From positions 1,468 to 65,467 of the forward strand of contig CAWGMV010000024.1 of the NCBI GenBank assembly GCA_963823635.1: a stretch of 64,000 nucleotides of DNA, written 5' to 3'. Origin of the DNA: an uncultured Acidobacteriaceae bacterium. GTDB lineage: Bacteria > Acidobacteriota > Terriglobia > Terriglobales > Acidobacteriaceae. The notes beneath the pieces were generated by a model. It saw nothing but the letters and a program-made list of their open reading frames with translations, was not told where the DNA came from and made no database searches. Both the position numbers and the translations under genes were made by a program. Below, piece after piece: positions 9,176 to 18,160 of the stretch (positions within the stretch are counted from its first letter, which is position 1; every line of letters starts with the position of its first letter).

Positions 9176-10309
9176 ATGGCTCAAGCCAATCTCCTCCGTT
9201 ACACTACTTGCTTGACCCGAATCCCTGTCCACGCCTCTTCACGCTCCTATGAAGTATTGGTCCAGCATGGCCTGCTGCGCTCCGCCGCAGGTGCCCTGCG
9301 CGAAGTAATTCCCGCGCAGTCGCGTCTCTTCGTTATTACTTCAGCAAGAATTCGCAAGCATTGGGGACAGACTTTGCAGAAAAGTTTCGGCCGGGCCGGA
9401 CGCAGGCTGGAAATCCTGGAGATGCCCGACGGTGAGCGCGCCAAAAAGCTCACGCAAGTGGAAAAGCTTGCCGCGAAGCTGGCAAAACGCGGCGCTGAGC
9501 GGCAATCGGTCATCCTCGCGCTCGGTGGCGGAGTCGTGGGCGACGTGGGCGGCTTTCTGGCATCCGTCTTTATGCGCGGCGTACCGATAGTGCAAATTCC
9601 TACCACGCTGCTGGCGCAGCTTGACTCGGCGATCGGCGGCAAAACCGGCGTGAATCTTGCGGCGGGCAAGAACCTGATTGGAACCTTTCACCAGCCGGTC
9701 GCGGTCCTTGTCGATCCTGATGTGCTGGCGACGCTACCGGAGCGCGAATACCGTTCCGGACTTTTTGAGGCCATGAAGTACGGCGTGATTCGCAACCCGG
9801 CGATCTTCGAGCTGATGGAATCGCAGCGCGAGGCCTTGCTGTGCCGTGATGGGGTTCTTTTGGAGAAGTTAATCGCAGAGTGCATTCGCGTGAAGGCTGA
9901 TGTGGTGAGCGCCGATGAGCGCGAGAGCGGCGAGCGCCGCATCCTGAACTTTGGTCACACCATCGGCCACGCGCTGGAAGCCGAGACCGGCTACCGCAAG
10001 CTGCTGCATGGCGAGGCCGTCGCCTGGGGCATGGTTGCCGCGGCCCTCATCGGCTATGCGCTGGATGTGACCGACTCGCTGACCGCCCAGCGCATCATCG
10101 CAACCGTATTGGCTTACGGCCCGTTGCCCAAGTTCAAGGCACAGGGCAGGCAGATTCTGAAGCGGCTGCTGGCCGACAAGAAGACTGTCGGCGGTGTGCC
10201 GCACTTCGTGCTGGCAACCACGTTCGGCAAGGTGCAAGTGGTGAAGGACGTTTCGGAACGCGTCATTGTTCGTGCCATTGCGGAAGCCAAGTCGTTAGCG
10301 CCGGGATAG
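9176..10309 (+). CDS. aroB: 3-dehydroquinate synthase
   Basis: Motifs GGGVVGDVGGF, DSAIGGKTGVN and NFGHTIGHALE. The ORF opens at 9158, but that ATG lies inside the repeat, so the ATG at 9176 is preferred. Confidence 0.9.
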   Translation: MAQANLLRYTTCLTRIPVHASSRSYEVLVQHGLLRSAAGALREVIPAQSRLFVITSARIRKHWGQTLQKSFGRAGRRLEILEMPDGERAKKLTQVEKLAAKLAKRGAERQSVILALGGGVVGDVGGFLASVFMRGVPIVQIPTTLLAQLDSAIGGKTGVNLAAGKNLIGTFHQPVAVLVDPDVLATLPEREYRSGLFEAMKYGVIRNPAIFELMESQREALLCRDGVLLEKLIAECIRVKADVVSADERESGERRILNFGHTIGHALEAETGYRKLLHGEAVAWGMVAAALIGYALDVTDSLTAQRIIATVLAYGPLPKFKAQGRQILKRLLADKKTVGGVPHFVLATTFGKVQVVKDVSERVIVRAIAEAKSLAPG

Positions 10310-10383
10310 AGATGACCCTGAACTTTGGCAGAGCCGGAGTCGGCATGTACGAAACATCGCGTCGGCGCGGGAAGCCTGACGCG

Positions 10384-10572
10384 CAAGCCCCGCTTGCGGG
10401 GCGAAAGAGCTTAGCCCAGCGCTTCAGCGCTGGGGAATGGGTTGGATGTGAACGTGAGTCCCGTAGGGACGGCAGAAAAACGGCCGGTGGTGCCTACGGC
10501 ACTCTATCTCTTCTCGCGGCCTGCCCGGCGCTGAAGCGCCGGGCTAAGCTGTTTTGCGCCTTCAGGCGCGCC
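10384..10572. repeat. large palindromic repeat, family 2 (two inverted half-copies)
   Basis: The left arm is GCCCCGCTTGCGGGGCGAAAGAGCTTAGCCCAGCGCTTCAGCGCTGGG..GAGTCCCGTAGGGACGGC. It is mirrored by GTGCCTACGGCACTC..CCCGGCGCTGAAGCGCCGGGCTAAGC..GCGCCTTCAGGCGCGC. A single half-copy lies at 63731-63853. Confidence 0.7.
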
Positions 10573-10590
10573 GCCACGGCCTTTTATCTC

Positions 10591-10700
10591 TTGTCATCCC
10601 GACCGAGGACTTTAGTCCGAGCGGAGGGACCTGCTTTTCTCGAAACCTGGAACAGTAGGTTCCTCCACTCGCGGGTGAAGCCGCTCGGTCGAAATGACAA
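10591..10700. repeat. interspersed palindromic repeat, family 1 (full copy)
   Basis: Terminal inverted arms are TGTCATCCCGACCGAG and CTCGGTCGAAATGACA. The interior has GGACTTTAGTCC and the hairpin GGAGGGACCTGCT..CAGTAGGTTCCTCC. Confidence 0.75.
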
Positions 10701-10739
10701 TTTGAGCTAGCGAGTTAGGAAAAACGTGCTCCGAGACGG

Positions 10740-11519
10740 ATGACCTCTGACACCAAATCGGCGTCGCATTCGACCGATCGCATCGTCGGCGCTGCGCCTC
10801 GCGGCGCGTCCGATGAAGCCGCGGCAGCAGCTGCGGTCCGCGACATGTTTACCTCCATCGCGCCGCGCTACGACCTGCTGAACCACGTGCTCTCGATGAA
10901 CGTGGACCGTCTGTGGTGGAACCGCACCGCGCGCGCTTTCTCCGAGGTGCTGCGCCAACCCGGCGCGCAGGTGCTTGACCTGTGCTGCGGCACCGGAGAC
11001 ATGGCGTTTGCGCTATATCGTAGGAGCTCGATGAGCGCTGCGCCCGCGCAAATCATTGGGGCCGACTTTTCCCATGCCATGCTCAAACTTGCGGAGCAGA
11101 AATCCAAGGGTAAGAACATCCGCTGGGTCGAGGCCGACGCGTTGCACCTGCCGTTCCCTCCTGGCCAATTTCAACTCGTAACCTCGGCCTTCGGATTTCG
11201 CAATCTTGCCAACTACGACCGCGGGCTGGCGGAGATTTACCGAGTGCTCGCGCCCGACGGCGAGGTCGGCATACTCGACTTTGGCGAACCCAAAGGCCTG
11301 CTGGGCAAGCTCTATCGCGTGTACTTCCGGCGGGTTCTGCCGGCGATTGGCACACTGATTTCTGGTGTGCGCGGGCCGTACTCCTATTTGCCGGCTTCGG
11401 TGCTGCGCTTTCCTTCTCCCGACGAGATGCTGGAGCGCATGCGCAGCGCAGGTTTCCGCGACGCTTCCTGGACGCCCTACACCTTTGGGATTGCCGGGCT
11501 TTATCGGGGGAAGAAGTGA
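10740..11519 (+). CDS. ubiE: demethylmenaquinone/ubiquinone C-methyltransferase
   Basis: 259 aa. Motifs FTSIAPRYDLLNHVLSMNVDRLWW and SAM motif I VLDLCCGTGD, plus FGFRN, typical of UbiE/MenG. Confidence 0.88.
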   Translation: MTSDTKSASHSTDRIVGAAPRGASDEAAAAAAVRDMFTSIAPRYDLLNHVLSMNVDRLWWNRTARAFSEVLRQPGAQVLDLCCGTGDMAFALYRRSSMSAAPAQIIGADFSHAMLKLAEQKSKGKNIRWVEADALHLPFPPGQFQLVTSAFGFRNLANYDRGLAEIYRVLAPDGEVGILDFGEPKGLLGKLYRVYFRRVLPAIGTLISGVRGPYSYLPASVLRFPSPDEMLERMRSAGFRDASWTPYTFGIAGLYRGKK

Positions 11520-11790
11520 ATCCGCCCCCGCGGTGTTTTCACATGTCGAGTAGCTATTACTTATATTATTTATATGCTTAGTACGATAAACTAAGCAAAC
11601 TTAGCTTGCTTAGCTGGATGGAGGTTGATTTTGACCTATAAGTCCTTATTTTACTGATGAATGCGGGTAACTCTTTGGGAATCAAATGCTTGCGGCGTTC
11701 GGCTACCAATCTTCCGCCAACCTATTGATTCTTAAGTAGAAATCCGAAGACGATTTTTTTATAAATGCGCTATCCACCTAGCCACTGGTT

Positions 11791-12831
11791 TCAAAAGCTG
11801 TCCCTCAGCGCATCTTCAACCGAGTACTGGATGATCCGTGGATAGTCGTCTCCGAGGAGGTGCTGCAGGCGGGTTGTATCCATGGTGTATGACCCGGTCA
11901 TATAGGGCAGAGCCGCGGGAGGGATCGAGGAAATTCCCCACTTCCACAGGGCTCCCAGAATCGGACGGCAGACGGCGCGTGGAACGCGCTTGACTTGCGC
12001 GTTGGCAATCTCCGCGCAGCGCTGGATGCTGACGGATTCTCCCCGACCGGCAACATTCAGGATGGTCACGGGCGGATCGGTATGAGGGCGGTGCAAGAGG
12101 TACACCAGCAGCCGAGCGACGTCGTCCACGTGCACGAACTGGAATTGCTTCTCGAGATACTTTTTGCCCAAGGGCAGCATTAGAGGTAGCCGCTTGCCGT
12201 CAGCACGCATGCGGGCGGCGCGCTTGCTCTTGCCCAGCGGAGTTCCGCGCAGCGCTCCCACCATGTAGTTCTGCATGCTGGCGCCGGTGAAGATGTGCGG
12301 GCGCAGGATGTAAACCCGGCAGTCGCCCAGACTCGCAGCGCGATAGCGCACCACTTCATCACTCTCACGTTTGTGGATGGCGTAAGGCAGAGTGTGCGCG
12401 CGAAGCGGAGCGTCTTCCTTCACCGGCCCGGACGTTTCGGGCCCATAAGCCGATACGCTGCTGGGAAAGATGAACTGCTCGACGCGGCCGCCGGTGCGAT
12501 TGACGACGCTCACCGCTTCCATCACGCGCGCAGTCCCAGCAACATTGATCTGCCACATGCGCTCGACGTCCAGAACACCGCTGCGCAAGGGATCAAGGAT
12601 AAAGGCGAGGTGAAGCACAGAAGTTGCGCCGGTCTCGCGCAGCAGCTCAATCAGCCGCCAGCAGGATGCCTCGCGGCCCAAATCAATCTGCTCGAACCGC
12701 GTCAGCGGAAGGGAACCTTCTGGTGGGCGCATGTCCACGCCCACCACGCGAAATTCAGAGAGCCTCGGAAGCAGCCTGGTCCCGAGGTTTCCCGCGATTC
12801 CCGTGACCAGGGTCGTGCGCTCCGGCGACAT
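11791..12831 (-). CDS. NAD-dependent epimerase/dehydratase family protein
   Basis: 346 aa with the N-terminal Rossmann motif LVTGIAGNLGTRL. SDR-extended length. It starts 2 nt after the upstream gene stop. Confidence 0.8.
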   Translation of the reverse strand: MSPERTTLVTGIAGNLGTRLLPRLSEFRVVGVDMRPPEGSLPLTRFEQIDLGREASCWRLIELLRETGATSVLHLAFILDPLRSGVLDVERMWQINVAGTARVMEAVSVVNRTGGRVEQFIFPSSVSAYGPETSGPVKEDAPLRAHTLPYAIHKRESDEVVRYRAASLGDCRVYILRPHIFTGASMQNYMVGALRGTPLGKSKRAARMRADGKRLPLMLPLGKKYLEKQFQFVHVDDVARLLVYLLHRPHTDPPVTILNVAGRGESVSIQRCAEIANAQVKRVPRAVCRPILGALWKWGISSIPPAALPYMTGSYTMDTTRLQHLLGDDYPRIIQYSVEDALRDSF

Positions 12832-12833
12832 GA

Positions 12834-14009
12834 CTACTGCGGAGGCGCTGGCGGTTGCTGCGGTGGCGCGGTCGCTGGAGCGGGCGCCGGAGGTGTTCCC
12901 GGACCTGGCGGTAGTGGCGCGCCGGCGCCAGGCGGCATAGGCCGTCGAGGATTCATAATTCGCGGGTTCGCTTGAACCTGCGGTCTTTCCGGCCCGAAGT
13001 AGGTGTCATTCAAAACCGGCGTCACCGAGCTCTGGATCTGCTGGATTTTGTCAGTCACCAATTGACGCTGCAGCTTTGGTGCGATTTCAGCCTTGGCTTC
13101 GCTGAGCGGGATTTCGCGCACAGAGACGACTTTGTAAACGTAAAAGGCGGCAGGGTCGGTGAAGACGACAGAGATCTCGCCCGGCTTTAGCTCGAAGGCT
13201 GACTCGTGCGCTTCGGGCAACGTGCCCGGACGGCGCGCTCCGAGGTTGACATTGGCCGGAGGAGTTTTCAAGCCAGCATGCTCAGTAGCTTCTTTCTCCA
13301 GCTTCTCCGGGTCTTCGCCACCGACCCAGCGCTTCTGGATCTGGTCGGCGTAAGCTTTTTCCTCGGCCTCGGATGGTTTCGGCTTCTCGGCGGTGCCTGG
13401 GTTGCGCGGGATGATGATGCGCTGGAGAGTGGCCTCCACATACTTCTTCTTGTTTTGGTTGTAGTAGTCCTCAATCTGCTGATCAGTAGGATGCGAGTAT
13501 TCCTCGGTAACATGCGAAATCAGCGCTTCCGTCAGCACCTGCTTCTGAACGTACTGCATGATCTGCAGCACGCGGGGATCATTTTCCAGTCCAAGGGAGC
13601 GGGCCGCATCTGAGAACGTCAGCACCTTAGCATACTGGGTGGCAAAATTGCGCATCATCTCCACGGGCATGGGCCGCTCGGGCGATGTAACGGCTTTGAC
13701 CAGCTTTTCAAACGACTCGCGACTCACACTGGTCACACAATCTGGTGGAGGCGCAGCAGCGCCAGTCGCGGACTGGCAAGCGCCCTTGAGCGTAATCACG
13801 GGCTCGCTCATCGGCACCACGCTGGTGCTGGGCAAGGTTGCAGGTGCTGGCGGCTGCATTGGCGCGGCGGCTGGAGCAGGAGCAGTGTTCTGATTGGCGG
13901 CAGGCGAAGCTGAGGGGGCCGCTTGCGGTTTCGCTGCCGGTTGCTGGGCATAACTGGCGCAGCCCAGGACACACGCAATGGCAAGCGCCATCAAGGTCGA
14001 ACGTAACAT
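12834..14009 (-). CDS. SurA/PpiD-like periplasmic chaperone with degenerate parvulin-like domain and Pro-rich tail
   Basis: Start taken at the ATG at 14009, preceded by GGAGG and followed by the signal peptide MLRSTLMALAIACVLGCASYAQ. The central region resembles a SurA N-terminal domain plus a PpiC-type domain. The C-terminus is PMPPGAGAPLPPGPGTPPAPAPATAPPQQPPAPPQ. Confidence 0.6.
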   Translation of the reverse strand: MLRSTLMALAIACVLGCASYAQQPAAKPQAAPSASPAANQNTAPAPAAAPMQPPAPATLPSTSVVPMSEPVITLKGACQSATGAAAPPPDCVTSVSRESFEKLVKAVTSPERPMPVEMMRNFATQYAKVLTFSDAARSLGLENDPRVLQIMQYVQKQVLTEALISHVTEEYSHPTDQQIEDYYNQNKKKYVEATLQRIIIPRNPGTAEKPKPSEAEEKAYADQIQKRWVGGEDPEKLEKEATEHAGLKTPPANVNLGARRPGTLPEAHESAFELKPGEISVVFTDPAAFYVYKVVSVREIPLSEAKAEIAPKLQRQLVTDKIQQIQSSVTPVLNDTYFGPERPQVQANPRIMNPRRPMPPGAGAPLPPGPGTPPAPAPATAPPQQPPAPPQ

Positions 14010-14145
14010 GAAGTGGTATTCCTCCGGAGTAGTACCGCCTGAGGCGGAGCAGGAAATTGCTACAAAATCGTAACACATCGCGCCTGACAATCCGCCCTTC
14101 GCGCTAATCTTCCGGTTGGCGGATTCATGCCAAACGTGAATAATC

Positions 14146-15573
14146 GTGGGCATGGTGGATCCAGTCAACGCATCGCAAATGCGGATGGAGAAGAAGGCGG
14201 TCGCGCTGAACTCCATCTATGCTGCGGTCGGGATCACCGCGCTCAAAATCATTGTCGGCATTACCACTGGCAGCTTGGGCATTCTCTCCGAAGCCGCTCA
14301 CTCCGGACTCGACCTGATCGCCGCCGCGATTACTTACTTTTCGGTCCGCGTCTCCGATAAACCTGCGGACGCCGATCATCAATACGGCCATGCTAAGTTC
14401 GAAAACTTCTCGGCGTTCATCGAAACCGGCCTGCTGCTGCTGACCTGTTTCTGGATCGTGTACGAGGCCAGCAGGCGGCTCTTCTTTCACGCGGTGGAAA
14501 TCGAGCCGACGATTTGGGCCTTCGCGGTGATGGCCACTTCCATCGTCGTGGACTACTGGCGCTCGCGCCGGCTGCGAAAGATCGCCCAAAAGTACGACAG
14601 CCAGGCGCTCTACGCCGATGCGCTGCACTTCAGCACCGACATCTGGTCCAGCGCGGTTGTGATTCTCGGTCTGGCGCTGGTGTGGGCCGGCCGCCAATAC
14701 TCGCATTCGCTGCTGAAGAACGCCGATCCGATCGCCGCGCTGATTGTGGCCTGCATCGTCGTCTTTGTCAGTTGGCGGCTGGCGCGGCAGACCATCGACG
14801 CCTTGCTCGACGCTGCTCCGACCGGCGTGCGCAATCGCATCATGCAGGAGCTGTACCGAGTTGACGGCATCCTGGAAGTGGATCGCGTGCGCATCCGCAA
14901 AGCCGGCAGCCGATATTTTGCCGATGTCTCGGTCGCGATGTCGCGCAACGTGACATTCCAAAAATCCGAGCAGGTCTCGAACGAGGTCTCGGCCCGCATT
15001 CGCGCCGTGCTGCCCGATGCCGATGTCGTAGTCAACGCCGTGTCGCGCGCCAGCCGCCAGGAAAGCCTCTTCGACCGCATCCGCGCGGTGGCTACGCGCA
15101 ACAATCTCAACGTCCACGACATCAGCGTGCAGGACATCGCCGGCCGTCTGCACGTCGAGCAGCACGTCGAGCTGGACGAGCGGCTCAGCCTGAAGGAAGC
15201 CCATGACCGCGTCACGCGACTGGAAGGCGAGATGAGAAACGACATCGGCGAGATCGCCAGCATCTTGACCCACATTGAAAGCGAACCCGCGACCATCGAA
15301 ACCAGCGACGGCCCGGTGCGCTCGCCCGGGTTCGAGCAACGTCTGCAAACCGTGACCTCGCGCTTTCCCGAAGTCGTTGACGTGCACGACCTGATGTTCA
15401 AACGCGTCGGCGGCCGGCTTTACCTCTCACTGCACTGCACCATGCTCGACGACCTGCCGCTCTCGCGCGTGCACGACGTCCAGACCGCTATGGAAGGCCG
15501 CTTCCGCCAGGAAGTTCCCGAGCTGTTCCGAGTGCTCATTCATCCCGAGCCGCAAACCGACAATCGGCGTTAG
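14146..15573 (+). CDS. cation diffusion facilitator transporter with three tandem cytoplasmic C-terminal domains
   Basis: 475 aa. TM core motifs are SEAAHSGLDLIAA and HFSTDIWSS. Three CTD-like repeats follow, each of the form V..VH....GR.....H..L...LSL.EAH, and two of them end in H.E.EP or HPEP. Confidence 0.85.
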   Translation: MGMVDPVNASQMRMEKKAVALNSIYAAVGITALKIIVGITTGSLGILSEAAHSGLDLIAAAITYFSVRVSDKPADADHQYGHAKFENFSAFIETGLLLLTCFWIVYEASRRLFFHAVEIEPTIWAFAVMATSIVVDYWRSRRLRKIAQKYDSQALYADALHFSTDIWSSAVVILGLALVWAGRQYSHSLLKNADPIAALIVACIVVFVSWRLARQTIDALLDAAPTGVRNRIMQELYRVDGILEVDRVRIRKAGSRYFADVSVAMSRNVTFQKSEQVSNEVSARIRAVLPDADVVVNAVSRASRQESLFDRIRAVATRNNLNVHDISVQDIAGRLHVEQHVELDERLSLKEAHDRVTRLEGEMRNDIGEIASILTHIESEPATIETSDGPVRSPGFEQRLQTVTSRFPEVVDVHDLMFKRVGGRLYLSLHCTMLDDLPLSRVHDVQTAMEGRFRQEVPELFRVLIHPEPQTDNRR

Positions 15574-16190
15574 GAGGGCCGGCAATCCTGACCTCAACGC
15601 CCGAAATGTTAACAGCCACTACAATGCCTCCGAAAACTCCATTCGCTGCTAACCCCTCCACCTCCTATACCGTGTAATCAATGATTTAGCGGGGAAATCG
15701 TCGCACATAATAGAGCCGTAAGGACTTACTGGACCATACCACATTCCAAAGGACTTATCTCAAAGTCTTGGTGTAATCGGGGCTACCTTATGCCTGCCAA
15801 TCCCCTCCCCAACCTTCCCCGCAAAACATTGAAAATAAACGCAAGGACAAAATTCGTCCCGCTAAAATCTTCGACGCAAAGGACTTATAGGTAAAGTATT
15901 AATTCACAATGACTTAACATCAGCCTTCATCCCAGCCGCGGAGCGCGGCTGACAACTGTCTTGCTGGCTACTGACCACGGTGCACGGGGCAGACAACTTC
16001 CCTCTCCTCTCAGGGGCCATTGTTTACGAGGAGCGTGATCCGGACAAGGACGGTCATCACGGCGCAATGTGACCGTGGGCTCTCGCGTTAGCACAGTCTT
16101 AGGCGGCAACAATCAGGGCGGGAGCGCCTTAGATGGGCCTTACCGGAAGCGTGGGCGATCCGCCAGACCAGTTAGAGCCAGGGAATGTCC

Positions 16191-17858
16191 CTATTCCGCT
16201 GGCGCTACGGCGAAATGGTATAACCGAATCGTTTTGCCAACGATGCGATCGGGTTTGTATCGTTCCAGCCAGCCGAAATCCCCAGGCGATGTCTTAATCC
16301 TGTATTCACTGACGGCAATCCAGCCGGACGGTTTCTGATTCGGCAGAAGAGGTTGCCAATAAGGCAAGCCTCGCCGTTTCAGGTCTGCTGAGCCTTCGTA
16401 AGCTATCCATACCGAGTCGATATGCTGCTGCTGAAGAACCGAGGAAAGGCGGTTGAGATCCTGGCCCCAATCAAAGTCGCTATCGATAAGTATCCTGCTG
16501 CCATAGGGAGCAGCGAGCTCATTGAAATACGGAATGAAATCCGGAGTTGCACGAATACAGGTTGCGACGCTCCAGGTGACTAGAACACCAGCTATGGCTC
16601 TGCAGGCGAGCAGCCTCTCTCGACTGCCGCTAACCTGCCAGAGCCAAACAAACGCACAGGCGCCGAGAATTGCCAGAAAGGGATAAATAACCAGAACATG
16701 CCGCACACCTAGATTTACAGGACCCAACATTGCGACCAGCAGCGGTCCTGCGACTCCTGCGAGGGGGACGATTGCGTTCTGAAGTCGGGGGCGAATCAGC
16801 GCCGTCGCGGCGCCGAGTGTTGCCAAAAGTAGCAGGGGAATCGGTGTCTTTACTGCAACTGCAACCGGGAAGAAGTACCATCGTCCGCCGAGATATGTTT
16901 GTCCTAATAGGTAAGCAGGGCGTCTTTTCATCGAGAGCCCGAAGAGATGGGCCAGGCCTTTAAAGAATTCTGGCGCGAGTACCCCATGGAAAAAGAACAC
17001 CCTTGCGATTGCATCGGGTAGCTTGCGAAGCTGTGCGCTCTCAACCGCGTTGACTTGCCCCTGGTGCAGTATGGGACCCACTGAGAATCGATAACCCGCC
17101 CAGATGGTGACAGCGAGCGTCGCAATCCCGATAGCGATGTACCTCCACGAGGGTATAGGCCGCTTCTTAATCAGGCAGTAGCCAGACAGCGCCCCACCAG
17201 ACGCCGCCAGATACAGCAAGCCCGTGAATTTACACAATAGGGCAAGTCCGATCGCGCCCCCCGCAAAAACAGCGGATGAGGATTTCGGGTTTTGCAAGAA
17301 GTTCCAGAAGCAAACCAAGGCCAGGAGAAACATCGCTGTAAATGGCAAATCGGTGGTCGCAACTGACGCGTTTGCCAATGCCGGCGGACAGAACACAAAG
17401 AATATGACGGCGAGAGCAGCCTGCCAGGGGCCATAATGTTGCAACGTAAAATGCCACAGAACAAAACAGGCCAACCAGAAAAACGGCAATACGCCCAGGC
17501 GTGCGAGGATTAAGGTTCTTTGGTAATGGCCGTGATTCTCAAGGATCGCATTGCCTTCGTCCCAAGCATTTCCACTTCCCTGAAGCCTAGCCCCGGCGAG
17601 ATAAGGGCCCAGCGCAACAGCGACACGTGCGAGGGGCGGGTTCAGCGGATCATAGGAATAGGAACCGAGTTCGAGCCACTCCATACCAACTGCGAGGTGT
17701 TCGCCCTCGTCGAAGGTCTGACTGAACACCGGATACGTGGCGATGATCAAGAGAGTGGCAGTCAGCACCGAAAGCACGGCAGTAAGGATAGGCAGGTACG
17801 AAGTCCAGCGCGGAGGAGGTCCTTTTTCGCCATCGCTATTCTGAGCCGGGATCTCCAT
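16191..17858 (-). CDS. glycosyltransferase family 39 (ArnT/PMT-like) membrane protein
   Basis: 555 aa and polytopic. The N-terminal loop FDEGEHLAVGMEW..YDPLNPPLARV fits the PMT_2/ArnT type. G+C looks lower than the neighbours by eye. Confidence 0.8.
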   Translation of the reverse strand: MEIPAQNSDGEKGPPPRWTSYLPILTAVLSVLTATLLIIATYPVFSQTFDEGEHLAVGMEWLELGSYSYDPLNPPLARVAVALGPYLAGARLQGSGNAWDEGNAILENHGHYQRTLILARLGVLPFFWLACFVLWHFTLQHYGPWQAALAVIFFVFCPPALANASVATTDLPFTAMFLLALVCFWNFLQNPKSSSAVFAGGAIGLALLCKFTGLLYLAASGGALSGYCLIKKRPIPSWRYIAIGIATLAVTIWAGYRFSVGPILHQGQVNAVESAQLRKLPDAIARVFFFHGVLAPEFFKGLAHLFGLSMKRRPAYLLGQTYLGGRWYFFPVAVAVKTPIPLLLLATLGAATALIRPRLQNAIVPLAGVAGPLLVAMLGPVNLGVRHVLVIYPFLAILGACAFVWLWQVSGSRERLLACRAIAGVLVTWSVATCIRATPDFIPYFNELAAPYGSRILIDSDFDWGQDLNRLSSVLQQQHIDSVWIAYEGSADLKRRGLPYWQPLLPNQKPSGWIAVSEYRIKTSPGDFGWLERYKPDRIVGKTIRLYHFAVAPAE

Positions 17859-18160
17859 TTTTGTCTCAGGAAGTACGCATTGTGTGCTCCTTCAACGCAG
17901 AAAGCAACCTGTTCATCTGTCATCCCTTTCTCTAGTGGGATCCGCGGCGGATTAGTGCTGGTGCCCGCCCCACAAGTGAGCCGGGTCCGGCCGTTTGTGA
18001 CACTGTGTCCACAGGTTTCTAGCGGCACGTTAATGGGCTGGGGCGATTGCCCTATTCCATGGCAATCGGGAGACGCGCATGTCCTGCCATGCCTGCGGTT
18101 TCGCAAACGGCTTCCCCTATACTTCTGCAACGCGAGGCAGGAGCGGGCATCGAACACTCC

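Noticed and set aside
9037-9252. 71-aa ORF in the nadB-aroB spacer, and the 132-aa ORF at 10312-10710
   Set aside because: Both are read straight through the palindromic repeat elements (families 1 and 2). Their peptide sequence is just the repeat consensus translated.
12834-14216. Full 460-aa version of the SurA-like ORF
   Set aside because: The first 69 codons overlap the divergent CDF gene start region and lack coding character. The internal ATG at 14009 has a GGAGG RBS and is followed by a clean signal peptide.
14125-15387. 420-aa minus-strand ORF overlapping the CDF transporter gene
   Set aside because: Same antisense-shadow explanation. The sequence is not protein-like and has no start context. 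The + strand carries clear CDF motifs.
15690-15730. dif-like XerC/D site (TCGCACATAATAGAG)
   Set aside because: Only the left half vaguely resembles a GCGCATAAT arm. No spacer plus TATGTTAAAT-type right arm follows.
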